64,000 nucleotides of DNA from an uncultured Actinomycetes bacterium (lineage in GTDB: Bacteria > Actinomycetota > Thermoleophilia > UBA2241). Each line of letters starts with the position of its first letter. The stretch's first letter is position 1. The translations under genes were made by a program, and so were the position numbers. The notes under the pieces were generated by a model. That model was not told where the DNA came from and did no database searches. It saw only the letters and a list, made by a program, of their open reading frames with translations. The stretch is from assembly GCA_963755025.1 (NCBI GenBank), contig CAVWIH010000013.1, positions 32,001 through 96,000 of the forward strand. Direction: 5' to 3'. Shown piece after piece: positions 50,657 through 60,925 of this stretch.

Positions 50657-52605
50657 GTGCCGAGGACCAGGTTCAGACTCGACCACCCGGGGCTCTCCGG
50701 AAGGGCTGCCGGCGGCCGCCTGCCCCTGCGCCCGCCGTCGGTAGCGGTGCGCGTGGCGATCGTCGGCGGCCTCGTCGTCGTGCTGCTCGGGGTGCTCGTC
50801 TTTCGTTTGTGGTTCCTGCAGGTCCTCGACAGCCAGAACTACCTGGCTCAGGCTCAGAACAACAGCCTGCGCAGCATCGAGATCAAGGCGCCGCGCGGCG
50901 TCATAGAAGATCGCAACGGCACGATGCTCGTCGACAATCGCCCCGGCCTGGCGATCGGCATCCGCCCCATGGACGTGCCCAAAGGCGGCCTGAGCGAGCT
51001 GGCCCACCGTCTGTCGCCCCTGGTCCACGTGCCGACCAAGACGATCCTCGCCCTGGTCGCCAAACAGTCGTGGCTGCCCTACGACCTCGTCATCATCAGG
51101 CGCGACGCGCCCAGGGGGCTGGTCACCTATCTGCTGCAGCGCGACCAGTCCTTCCCGGGTGTCGAGGTGCAGGAGAGCTACCTGCGCGCCTACCCGCTGG
51201 GCGACCTGGCGGCGCCCATCCTGGGCTACCTCGGCCAGATCGATCCCCAGCAGCTCAAGCAGGCCAGGTTCAGGGGCTACCTGCCCGACGACGAGGTCGG
51301 CCAGAGCGGCGTCGAGGCCACCTACGACCGCTGGCTCCAGGGCAAGGACGGCGCCTCGATGGTCGAGGTCGACGCTGAGGGCAAGCCCGTGGCGCAGGCG
51401 GCCGGAGGCAGCCTGCCCGAGCCCGGCGACAACCTCGTGCTCACACTCGACGCCCGCGTGCAGAAGGCCGCCGAGAACGCGGTGCGTTCGGCATAGAGCT
51501 GGCGCACGTCGCCGGCTACCCGCAAGCCCGGGCGGGCGCCGCGGTCGTCCTCGACGCGAAGAGCGGCGCGGTCGTGGCCATGGCCAACTACCCCAGCTAC
51601 GACCCGAACTGGTTCTCCGGCGGCATCAGCGTCGCCCACCTCAAGCGCCTGCTGCGGCCGCAGGCCGACGATCCCCTGCTCGATCGCGCCATCGCCGGCG
51701 AGTACCCGACCGGCTCGACCTTCAAGGTGGTCGACACGATCGCCGGCCTCGAGACCGGTGTGCTCAGTCCGTCGACGACCCTGTACGCCGGCCCGACCTA
51801 CTCGAACCACGGCGCGGTGTGGCACGACTGGAACCCCAACGGCCACGGCACGATCGACCTGACCCAGGCCCTGGTGCAGTCGGCCGACACCTATTTCTAC
51901 CAGGTCGGCTACGACTTCTACCTGCGCTCCGGCACCGACCTCGAAGGCTGGGCGCAGAAGCTGGGCTACGGACACCTGGCCGGCATCGACCTGCCCGGCG
52001 AGTCGCCCGGCGTCGTGCCGACGCCCGCCTGGCTGCGCCGGACGTACTCGAAGAAGACCGACCCCACGGGCTGGCGCATCGACAGCATCTGGAAACCAGG
52101 CAACTCGATCAACCTGTCCATCGGCCAGGGCGACCTGCTGGCCACACCGCTGCAGGTGGCCGTCAACTACGCGGCGATCGCCAACGGCGGCTACCGGGTG
52201 ACGCCGCACCTCGGCATGAGCATCGACTCGCCACAGGGCGCCGTGCTGCGCAAGCTCCCCTACACTGCGCCGAGCAACCTGGGCATAGATCCCAGTTACC
52301 TCGCCTTCGTGCGCAGCGCTTTGCGCGAGGCCGCCTCGACCCCGGCCGGCACGTCGTACGGCACCTTCGGCAGCTACCCGGTGGCGGTGGCCGGCAAGAC
52401 CGGCACGGCGCAGGTCGCAGGTAAGGGCGACTACTCCTGGTATGCGAGCTTTGCGCCGGTCAATGACCCCAAGTACGTGGTGGTCGTCATGATTGAGCAG
52501 GGCGGCGAGGGCGCCGACGCCGCGGCGCCGGCGGCGCGGCTCATCTACAACGCCCTCTTCCACATAACGGCGGGCGGTGTCGGCGGGGCCCCGCACGGGG
52601 ACTGA
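50657..52605 (+). CDS. mrdA: Penicillin-binding protein 2 (class B); frameshift ~51490
   Basis: RLWFLQV, APRG.I.DRNG, GQSGVE, GSTFK, SAD, GKTGTAQ. Confidence 0.88.
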
Positions 52606-52663
52606 GAAGCGCAGGAACTGGGTCGTCGCGCCGAGGCGGCGCGTCACCGGGCGAAGGAGGGCC

Positions 52664-53581
52664 ATGGCGGAGAAGCGTCGGATCGGCACGCTCGAGGTCT
52701 CGCCGGCGGGCCTGGGCTGCAACAACTTCGGGCGGCGGCTCGACGCCGCCGGGGCGGCGAGCGTCGTCGAAGCCGCCCTCGCGGCCGGCGTCACGCACTT
52801 CGACACGGCCGACGTCTACGCCGACGGCGCCTCCGAGACGCTGCTCGGCTCGGCTCTCGGCGCGCGGCGCCGCGACGTCGTGGTCACCACCAAGTTCGGC
52901 ATGGGCGAGGTACCCGAAGGGTTGTCGGGCGGCGATCCGCGGTGGGTCAGGCGCGCCTGCGAGCAGAGCCTGGAGCGCCTGGGCGGCGAGTACATCGACC
53001 TCTACCTGCTGCACCGGCCCGACCCCGCGGTGCCCATCGCCGACACGCTGACCGCCATGAACGAGCTCGTGGCCGAGGGCAAGGTGCGCGAGATCGGCTG
53101 TTCGAACTTCTCCGCGGCGCAGCTCGCCGAGGCCCACGAGGCGGCCCGCGCCGGCGGCCTGCGCGGCTTCGCCTGCGTGCAGAACGAGTACAACCTTCTC
53201 GCACGCGAGGCCCAGCGTGAGGTGCTCGCCGCCTGCGACTCGCTCGGCATGGTCTTCGTGCCCTTCTTTCCGCTGGCCGTGGGGCTGCTGAGCGGCAAGT
53301 ACCGAGGCGGCCGGCCGACGCCTGCCCAGACGCGCCTCGCGGGACGCGAGGCGCTCGTCGAGGAGCGGCTGCCGCAGATCGAGCAGCTCGCCGCCTACGC
53401 CGAGCACCACGGTCACACGCTGCTCGAGCTCGCCTTGAGCTGGCTGGCCTCTCAGCGGCAGGTCGCCTCGGTGATCGCCGGCGCGATGACGCCCGAGCAG
53501 GTGCGCGCCGACGTGGCGGCCACCACGGCCTGGCGGCTGAGCGAGACGGACCTGGCTGCGGTCGAGCGCCTCTCCGGCTAG
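52664..53581 (+). CDS. Aldo/keto reductase
   Basis: GLGCNNFG, FDTADVY, IDLYLLH, IGCSNF, QNEYNLL. Confidence 0.93.
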   Translation: MAEKRRIGTLEVSPAGLGCNNFGRRLDAAGAASVVEAALAAGVTHFDTADVYADGASETLLGSALGARRRDVVVTTKFGMGEVPEGLSGGDPRWVRRACEQSLERLGGEYIDLYLLHRPDPAVPIADTLTAMNELVAEGKVREIGCSNFSAAQLAEAHEAARAGGLRGFACVQNEYNLLAREAQREVLAACDSLGMVFVPFFPLAVGLLSGKYRGGRPTPAQTRLAGREALVEERLPQIEQLAAYAEHHGHTLLELALSWLASQRQVASVIAGAMTPEQVRADVAATTAWRLSETDLAAVERLSG

Positions 53582-55998
53582 CGCCCCCGGCGCGACAGCC
53601 AGGTCTCTTTGGCCACGAGGCCGTCGCCGAAGGCGAGCACGCGGTTGCGGCCGGCGCGCTTGGCCGCGTACATGGCCCAGTCGGCCTTGTCGAGCAGCTC
53701 GTCGCGCGCCGAGGCGTCGGTCGGGCAGGTGGCAACGCCCACGCTGACCGTGAGCGGTTTGTCGGCCTTGATGCTCGAGGCCTCGACCTCGGCGCGGATC
53801 CGCTCGGCCACGCCGAGCGCGTCGGCGGCGTCGGTGTCGACCAGCACGAGCACGAACTCCTCGCCGCCGTAGCGCGCCGCCAGGTCGATGCGCCGGCTGC
53901 GCGCCTCGACGACGCGCGCGATGCGCGCCAGGGCGGCGTCGCCCGCCTTGTGGCCCCAGGCGTCGTTGAAGTCCTTGAAGCAGTCGCAGTCGCAGAACAG
54001 CAGGGACAGCGTGGTCTCGCGACGCGCCGCGCGCTCGAGCTCCTCTTCGAGGCGCTCGTGCAGGTAGCGGTGGTTGTAGAGGCCGGTGAGGCCGTCGGTG
54101 ATGGCCTCGACCTCGGCGCGGCTGAAGCGGATGGCCGCCGACTGCAGCATGGCCGCCAGGGTGTGAGAGCGGTCGCCCTGCAGCGAGCGGTCGAGCGACT
54201 CGACGATCGGCGCATCGACGCTGACGGCGCCGACCACGTCGCCCCGGCCGTCGCGCAGCGGAGCGATGCCCGACACCCAGACGCCGAAGTCGTCGGCGTT
54301 CAGGACGTTGGCCACGAGGCCCTCGCCGGCGAGCACGCGGGCGAGCTCGTCTTCGGGCAGCCACGGATCGCCGCAGCGGGAGAACTGGCTTTCGGTCTCG
54401 CCGGTGTCGAGCACCGTGATGCACTGGTCGCCCCGCAGGGCGAAGCTCGTGACGAAACGCACCGGCGGGTGCTCGTCGCGCAAGCGGCGCAGCGCGGCCA
54501 CCATCGTCAGGTAGGCGGGCGACGCTTCGTCGGCGCGGGCGTGCAGCAGGGCGTGAGCTTCGGGGTCGACGAGCGTCGCGGCCTGCTGGGCCAGGGCGGC
54601 GACGCGCGTGCGGCGCCGCCGCAGGCGTCGCAGCACGCGCAGGAACGCCTCGACCATCTTCGGGTCGAACTGCGTGCCCACGCAGCGCCGCAGCTCGGCG
54701 AGGCACTGGCTGTAGCTGAGCGCCGGGCGGTAGGGTCGCCGGCACGACATGGCGTCGTAACAGTCGACCACGCACATGGCGCGGGCGATCAGCGGGATCT
54801 CCTCGCCGGCGAGGCCGTCGGGGTAGCCGCCGCCGTCGAAGCGCTCGTGGTGGTGGCGCACGCCGGCCACCAGCTCCTTGTCGAACAGGGGCCGCACGAT
54901 CTCGGCGCTGATGCCGGGGTGCTGGCGCACGAGCTCCCACTCTTCGGAGGTGAGAGGACCGCCCTTGAGCAGCACGCGGTCGGACACGCCGATCTTGCCG
55001 ACGTCGTGCAGGAAGGCGGCGTTCTCGACCTCTTCGAGGCGCTCGTCGGGCCAGCCCAGTTCCTGGCTGAGCAACGCCATGTAGGCCGCCACACGGCTCG
55101 CGTGTCCCAGGGTGTAGTAGTCCTTGGCCGACAGCGCCGAGCTCAGCGCGCGCAGGTTGCCCAGGTGCAGGCTCTTGACCTCTTCGTACAGCCGGGCGCG
55201 TTCGAGGGCGAGGGCGACGAGCTGGCAGACCGCCTCGGCGGTGTCGATCTCTTCGGCGGTGAACCGCCGTTCGACGCGGTCGAGCAGCCCCACGAGGCCG
55301 ATCACCTTGTCGCGCGCCACCAGGGGCAGCGAGACGCAGCTGCCCTGCCCGTAGCCCCGCATGTTGTCGCGCTCGTCGCGGCTCAGCCGCGGGTCGTCGA
55401 GGTTGCTCACGCAGACGGCGCTGCCGGTCTCTACGGCGAGCCGTTTGCACGGCCAGTGCTCGAGCGCGACCGACTGGCCCACCCACGTGTCGTCGCGCGC
55501 GCCGAGCACGGTCGAGGCGATGCAGACGATGCGGCCATCGTCGTCGAGGCGGTAGATGTCGCAGTCGGGGATCTGCAGGGCGGCGCTCAGGCGCCGGGCC
55601 GCCGACTGCAGGACCTCGCCGATCTCAAGGCTCGAAGCCAGCTCGAGGCTCGTCTCAAAGAGGAGCTGATACCGTTCGCCGCCGTCGCTGCCGCCGTCGC
55701 TGCCGCCGTCGCTGCCGCCGTCGCTGCCGCCGCTATTGCCGCCGGCACTGCCGTGGCCACGAGCATCGGCCCGGTCGGCGCCGTCGGTCGTCGTTGAGCG
55801 GAGCGGTACGCGTGCCGCCGTCGTCGGCACGAGCGCGGCCAGCTCGTCGGCCAGGAAGCGGCGCTGACCGCCGGGCGTGAGACGGCAGGCCAGCCTGCCG
55901 TCGGCAGCCCAGCGACGCACTGTGCTTGGGCTGACGTCGAGCAGATCGGCGGCCTGCTGGACGCGCAACCAACGGGGACGCTCGGTCTTGGACTTCAC
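53578..55998 (-). CDS. HTH + GAF + HD-GYP + sensor-like + GGDEF multidomain c-di-GMP enzyme
   Basis: AADLLDVSPSTVRRWA; GAF; LHDVGK..HHERFDGGGYP; DGLTGLYN..RYGGEEF. Confidence 0.9.
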   Translation of the reverse strand: MKSKTERPRWLRVQQAADLLDVSPSTVRRWAADGRLACRLTPGGQRRFLADELAALVPTTAARVPLRSTTTDGADRADARGHGSAGGNSGGSDGGSDGGSDGGSDGGERYQLLFETSLELASSLEIGEVLQSAARRLSAALQIPDCDIYRLDDDGRIVCIASTVLGARDDTWVGQSVALEHWPCKRLAVETGSAVCVSNLDDPRLSRDERDNMRGYGQGSCVSLPLVARDKVIGLVGLLDRVERRFTAEEIDTAEAVCQLVALALERARLYEEVKSLHLGNLRALSSALSAKDYYTLGHASRVAAYMALLSQELGWPDERLEEVENAAFLHDVGKIGVSDRVLLKGGPLTSEEWELVRQHPGISAEIVRPLFDKELVAGVRHHHERFDGGGYPDGLAGEEIPLIARAMCVVDCYDAMSCRRPYRPALSYSQCLAELRRCVGTQFDPKMVEAFLRVLRRLRRRRTRVAALAQQAATLVDPEAHALLHARADEASPAYLTMVAALRRLRDEHPPVRFVTSFALRGDQCITVLDTGETESQFSRCGDPWLPEDELARVLAGEGLVANVLNADDFGVWVSGIAPLRDGRGDVVGAVSVDAPIVESLDRSLQGDRSHTLAAMLQSAAIRFSRAEVEAITDGLTGLYNHRYLHERLEEELERAARRETTLSLLFCDCDCFKDFNDAWGHKAGDAALARIARVVEARSRRIDLAARYGGEEFVLVLVDTDAADALGVAERIRAEVEASSIKADKPLTVSVGVATCPTDASARDELLDKADWAMYAAKRAGRNRVLAFGDGLVAKETWLSRRGR

Positions 55999-56112
55999 GG
56001 TAACGGTATCGGTCGTTGCGCGGCGGCCCTTGACTAGCCGCGTCGGGCGCCGCGGCGCGACCCTCTCGCGCCGTGTCGACGTCGCGCGGGCGGGGGCGCC
56101 GCGGGTGGCTCG

Positions 56113-56493
56113 TCAGGCCGCGCGTCGCGCGCCGGCGCGCGTGGCGCTCATGGCGCACAGCTCGCAGGCTTCGAGCAGCAGGTCGCCGCTCGATATCTGA
56201 CGACTGGTCTCGCCGGTGAGCAGCGTGCGTCCGCAGACCTCGCAGGCGGTGACCGGGCGGCGCCGCTGCCTCACGCGTACGACCGCCACGACGGAGCGCT
56301 GCGCCGCGGCCGGGCCCTGCGCCGCGGCCGGGCCCTGCGCCGCGGCCGGGGCCTGCGCCGCGGCCGGGGGCATGGCCGCGGCTGGAGGAGTCGCCGCGGC
56401 CGGGGCCGTCGTCTGGGCCGCGGTCGCGGGGTGAGTCGTCGTCGCGGGCCGCGCGATCGGGCGCGAGAGCCGCCTCAGATGACTGTGCTCCAT
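56113..56493 (-). CDS. Small protein with low-complexity repeats and C-terminal CxxC..CxxC zinc ribbon
   Basis: GGAGG RBS; CEVCGRTLLTGE..ACELC. Confidence 0.6.
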   Translation of the reverse strand: MEHSHLRRLSRPIARPATTTHPATAAQTTAPAAATPPAAAMPPAAAQAPAAAQGPAAAQGPAAAQRSVVAVVRVRQRRRPVTACEVCGRTLLTGETSRQISSGDLLLEACELCAMSATRAGARRAA

Positions 56494-56639
56494 GGTCTGC
56501 CTCCCATGCGCCTGACGCTCGTGGTCGCGCGGTCGCTTGCCCGGGGCGCTCACGACGTGCCGGCCGCCGTTCGACTGTCTTGCCGCCCCACACTCTTCCC
56601 GCGACGCGGGCACAGCCGGCCGTTTGCGCGGACGCGGGG

Positions 56640-57982
56640 CTAGGCAGAGACTCCGCTGCTCACGAGGGGCGCTGGCGCGCGCCAGCGGCAGCCCACGAAA
56701 ACGTCGACCAGGGCGGGGTCGAACTGCCGGCCGGCGCCGTTGCGCAGTTCGGCCAGGGCGATCTCGGGCGACAGCGCCGCGCGGTACGGGCGGTCGGAGG
56801 TCATGGCGTCGTAGGCGTCGGCCACGGTGATGATGCGCGCGCCGAGCGGGATGTGCGTGCCGGCCAGGCCGTCGGGGTACCCCGTGCCGTCCCACTGCTC
56901 GTGGTGGTGGCGTATGTAGTCGCGTCCCTTGCGGTACATGCTGAACTGACCGGCGAGCTCGCTGCCGTCGGCGGGGTGGGCCACGATCGCCTGGCGCTCC
57001 TCGTCGGTCAGGGCTTCCTTTTTGTAGAGGATGCGGTCGGCCGTGGCGATCTTGCCCAGGTCGTGCACGCGCGCGGCCGAGACGATCAGCTCGACCTCGT
57101 CGCGCGGCAGGGCCATGGCGCGGGCGATCTCGCCGGCGTAGCCGGCGACGCGTTGCGAGTGGGCGTAGGTGTACTCGTCGCGCTTGTCGATGGTGTCGGC
57201 AAGCAGCACGAGCGCGTGATCGGTCTCGGTCTGCAGGTTTGCGTAGAGCTTGAAGCCGTTGTAGATGACGAACACCAGGAACGGAAAGTAGAGGATGTCC
57301 CAGCGGCTCTCCTGGTAGGCGAAGGCCAGCAGCGCGCCGAGCGGCACCATCGAGATGTATGGCACGCCCATCTCGCCCAGCGTCGCCGCCAGCCGGTGCG
57401 GCATGGTGCGCCCGGAGATGCTGATGACCACGACGACAAGCGTGTCGTTGACCACCAGAAAGACGACCGCCGCGACCAGGATGGCGATGGCGTCGTTCTT
57501 GAGGCTGACCGGCCCCGGCACGGCGAGCCGCTCGTAGGCGAGCGCCGCGAGCCCCGCCGACAGGGCGAGCTGGCTGGCGTTGAACACCACGCGCGTCCAG
57601 TGCAACCGCGAGATGACGAAGTCGCTGAAGAAGACACCGGCGATGGCGACGATGCCGGCGAACGCCGGGCCGTAGAGGATGGCGGCGGCAAAGCTCACCG
57701 TGAGCGACGGCGACGTGGCGCCCTCGAGGCTCGACGCCACGGCCCAGTGCTCGCTGGCGATGGCGGCGAGGGCGAAGATCAGCAGGTCGATGCCGTGACC
57801 GTGCGGGAAGTCGTGGGCGGTGGCAGCCAGGAGCAGCACCGCGCCGGCGGTGACGATGGTGATATACGCTGCCAGGGCCGGCGAGAGCGAGGCTGTGCCG
57901 GCGCTTGCGGATGGCTGGCTGATGGTTCCGCGATCCCTTCGAGGCTGACCGGACCGAGACCAACGGCCGGGCGTCACGCTCA
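56640..57982 (-). CDS. Membrane-bound HD-GYP phosphodiesterase
   Basis: About 7 TMs; HSQRV, VHDLGK, HHEQWDGTGYP, DAMTSDRPYR; start uncertain. Confidence 0.88.
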
Positions 57983-58166
57983 CTCGTCTGGCGTACTGGC
58001 CTCGAGTGCGGGTATCGGCACGGGCGCCGTCTGACTGGAGCCCCCTCGCTCCCGGGGCCGGCCGGCGCACGGCGCAACTGCGTGGCAAGCGAAGCCGCGG
58101 GGCAGAGACCTTTCATGTGCAAGGCCGCAGTTCAGGCCGCAACCGTGACTCGCGGGGAGGGACCTC

Positions 58167-58598
58167 ATGTCCTCTGAAGACGACGTGCGCAACGCTTCAA
58201 CCAAGTTCTACGCCGGGCTGCAGCGCATGCTCGACGGCGACGGCTCGTCGCTCAACGACAGCTGGTCGCACGACGCGACCGTGACGACCATGCACCCCAT
58301 CGGCGGCCTGCAGACCGGCTGGGACGAGGTGCGCGGCTCGTTCGAGGGCGTGGCCCAGCTCGCCTCGGGCGGCCACGCCAAGCTGCTCGGCCGGCGCATT
58401 GAGGTCGTCGGCGACCTGGCCTACGAGATCGGCATCGAGAAGGGCGAGGCGACGCTCGCCGGCGAGCAGATCGCGATCGAGCAGCGGGTCACGAACATCT
58501 ATCGCCGCGAAGCCGACGGCTGGAAGATCGTCCATCACCACACCGACATCTCACCGGCGATGGTGGCCGTGCTCGCCCGCATGCAGAAGGCCGCCTGA
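58167..58598 (+). CDS. NTF2/SnoaL-like protein
   Basis: FYA..GD, HP.G..GW, R.TNIYRR...WKIVHHH. Confidence 0.88.
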   Translation: MSSEDDVRNASTKFYAGLQRMLDGDGSSLNDSWSHDATVTTMHPIGGLQTGWDEVRGSFEGVAQLASGGHAKLLGRRIEVVGDLAYEIGIEKGEATLAGEQIAIEQRVTNIYRREADGWKIVHHHTDISPAMVAVLARMQKAA

Positions 58599-58616
58599 CC
58601 CGCACACGTGCCCGAC

Positions 58617-58865
58617 ATGGACTGCCCTTGTGAGCTCGCGCGACTGAGCGATCCCGACAGGCTCTACGAGGTGCAGCGCGCGCTCGCCGCGCGCGGCGTC
58701 GAAGCCGAGGTGTGGGACGTAGAGGGCGGCGCCCGGCGGCGCAGGGGCGCCGCCGCTCCCGAGCTGCGCCTGATGGTGCGCCGCCAGGACGTCGTCTACG
58801 CGCGCTGGGTGGCGCACGCCGCCGGCCTCGACACCTGGCGCGACGAGCCCGAAGAAGCCGCATGA
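58617..58865 (+). CDS. Small hypothetical protein
   Basis: MDCPCELARL..L.ARGVE..LMVRRQD. Confidence 0.55.
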   Translation: MDCPCELARLSDPDRLYEVQRALAARGVEAEVWDVEGGARRRRGAAAPELRLMVRRQDVVYARWVAHAAGLDTWRDEPEEAA

Positions 58866-59144
58866 CGACGTAGGGCGCGTGCTCAGTAGTCTGTCCTACG
58901 GTCTTCTAGATACTTGGCAGGCGGCGTGCCGCCACCGGTGGGTCTGGACGGACGACCGTAGTCAACCGCGATGACGCGCCGCCACGAACGGGACTCCGGC
59001 ACGCGCCTCGGTTTGTCGGAAAATGGGGGGTGCACTTGATTTGCATCGATGTATCATTCAGAGGTCGTGTTGTAAAAATGCTCCAGCTAGATTGTGAGGC
59101 GCCGGGTGGGGCGTCGTCCTGCGGAGCGGACCTGGGGAGGTCAT

Positions 59145-60650
59145 ATGCCAGAAGTTGAGATGCGCACGGAGAAAGCCAAGCTTCGCAAAACCCTGCGACG
59201 CTGGGACTTGGCTCTGTTCGGTGCCTGCGCAATCATAGGGTTCGACTCGCTGGCCTACACAACGGCCTCCGGTTACGGCCAGGCCATCACCTGGCTGATC
59301 ATCACCTTCTTCATCTTCCTCATCCCGTTCGGTCTTATGACTGCCGAAGTGACCGCTGCATTCCCAGCCGAGGGCGGTCTCTACGCCTGGTGTCGCATGG
59401 CCTTCGGCAAGCTTTTCAGCGAAGTCGCGACCATGATGTACTGGCTCTCCAACGCCGTCTGGCTGGGCGGCACGCTGACGGCCGTGACGATCGGCGTCAT
59501 CGACGTCTTCTTCACGCCCAAGCATCCGCTCAACACGTGGGAGTCGATCGTCGTCGGGCTGGTCTTCACTTGGGTCACGATCCTTCTCTCCGTGATCAAC
59601 CTCAAGTACGGCAAGTGGACGGGCAATGTCGGGACCGGCCTCAAGGGTCTCACCATGGCGGTCCTCCTGATCCTGACCGTCGTCTTCCTCGCCCGGCACG
59701 GCCTGCCCAAAGGCATCGCGCCGGCCAGCTCTTACACGCCCAGCGTAACGGGCTTCCTCGCGATCATCGGGGTCATCGTCTTCCTCTGGGTCGGCTTCGA
59801 ACTCGCCGGCTCGGCTTCCGAAGAGATGGTCAACCCACAGAAGGACGTACCGAGGTCGATCTTCAGTGCTGGCCTGATCACCACCGGCATGTACATCGCC
59901 GTCATGCTGTGCATGCTGCTCCTGCTCACCGAGAAGCAGCTGGGCGCGGCTACCGGCATTCCGGCCGCCGTCAACGTCGTCCTGACCAGCGCAGCGGGCG
60001 GCGCAGCAAAGGGCCTGGGCTACTTCCTGGGAGCAGTGCTTATCCTCACGTACCTGAGCTCCGCCTCAGTGTGGACTCTCGGCTCGGCTCGCGTTCAGGC
60101 CGTCGCCGCCCTCGACGGTTCGGCGCCTCGGCTCCTCGGCAAGTTCAGCAAGCAGGGCACGCCGCTGCCCATGTGTATCCTCATGGGCGTCGTCGGCTCG
60201 GTGATGTGTGTGATCATCTTCCTCGTCACGAGCGGCAGCCTGAAGGCGTTCATCGGCGTGATGATCGCCCTCGATACCTCACTGACGGTCGTGGTGTATG
60301 TGTTCCTGATCCCGGCGATCGTTCGCCTGCGGACCACCCACCCGCACGTGCACCGTCCCTTCGTCGTGCCCGGCGGCAAGTTCGGGCTGTGGGCCTGCGC
60401 GATCGTGACGTGGGTCCTCTCCGTCGTCACGTGCATCACGCTGCTCTGGCCGGGCCTTATCAATAGCTGGTTCGGTCAGAGCTACTCGATGGAGGATAGC
60501 TGGGGCATGACGCGCGCTCGGTTCGAGGTCTTCACCCTCGGCACGTTCGTCGTGTTGATGCTGATCGGCGTGGCCTTCTGGGCCTACGGCCGCACACAGG
60601 GCAAGGTCTCCGACGACGCCGTCATCACCGGCGTGGTCGAAGAGGCGTGA
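59145..60650 (+). CDS. APC family amino acid permease
   Basis: FPAEGGLYAW, GFEL..SEEM.NPQKDVP, RPF.VPGG; about 12 TMs. Confidence 0.93.
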   Translation: MPEVEMRTEKAKLRKTLRRWDLALFGACAIIGFDSLAYTTASGYGQAITWLIITFFIFLIPFGLMTAEVTAAFPAEGGLYAWCRMAFGKLFSEVATMMYWLSNAVWLGGTLTAVTIGVIDVFFTPKHPLNTWESIVVGLVFTWVTILLSVINLKYGKWTGNVGTGLKGLTMAVLLILTVVFLARHGLPKGIAPASSYTPSVTGFLAIIGVIVFLWVGFELAGSASEEMVNPQKDVPRSIFSAGLITTGMYIAVMLCMLLLLTEKQLGAATGIPAAVNVVLTSAAGGAAKGLGYFLGAVLILTYLSSASVWTLGSARVQAVAALDGSAPRLLGKFSKQGTPLPMCILMGVVGSVMCVIIFLVTSGSLKAFIGVMIALDTSLTVVVYVFLIPAIVRLRTTHPHVHRPFVVPGGKFGLWACAIVTWVLSVVTCITLLWPGLINSWFGQSYSMEDSWGMTRARFEVFTLGTFVVLMLIGVAFWAYGRTQGKVSDDAVITGVVEEA

Positions 60651-60685
60651 TCTGCACCTGAACGGCCAGATGACCCCCTAGAACG

Positions 60686-60726
60686 CAAGGGGCGGAGGTG
60701 AGCGGTCGGCTCACCTCCGCCCCTTG
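60686..60726 (+). terminator. Hairpin (18-bp stem) downstream of the permease
   Basis: CAAGGGGCGGAGGTGAGC-GGTCG-GCTCACCTCCGCCCCTTG. Confidence 0.7.
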
Positions 60727-60925
60727 TCGTAGGGGCAGGCCCACGGAACGCACAAGGCCGGAGAGGACGAGCGAGACCCAGCGCCCGCTCCACGCGTGTT
60801 GCGGGCCATCGCGGTCGGTGTCCAAGCCGCCGGAGCGGCATTGCGGGGGGGCGTTGGTAACGCTGGGGAAGGCCCAACGCTTGTCGTATGATGACGATTT
60901 GTCCTCTTTCGTACGAGGGTGCGCG

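Noticed and set aside
51494-51496. TAG in PBP2 as pyrrolysine or read-through
   Set aside because: The downstream transpeptidase domain is in another frame; a single missing base explains it.
5633-52605. Frameshifts in many genes as programmed frameshifting or mass pseudogenisation
   Set aside because: They hit unrelated genes whose motifs are otherwise intact and often fall in short G/C runs; long-read indel error is simpler. Needs read polishing to confirm.
36838-55797. Long antisense or alternate-frame ORFs (e.g. 36838..38733, 52541..55486, 53950..55797)
   Set aside because: Shadow ORFs typical of high-GC DNA, overlapping well-supported genes and lacking motifs.
57983-58166. c-di-GMP riboswitch upstream of the HD-GYP gene
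   Set aside because: Could not find the class I or class II consensus on either strand.
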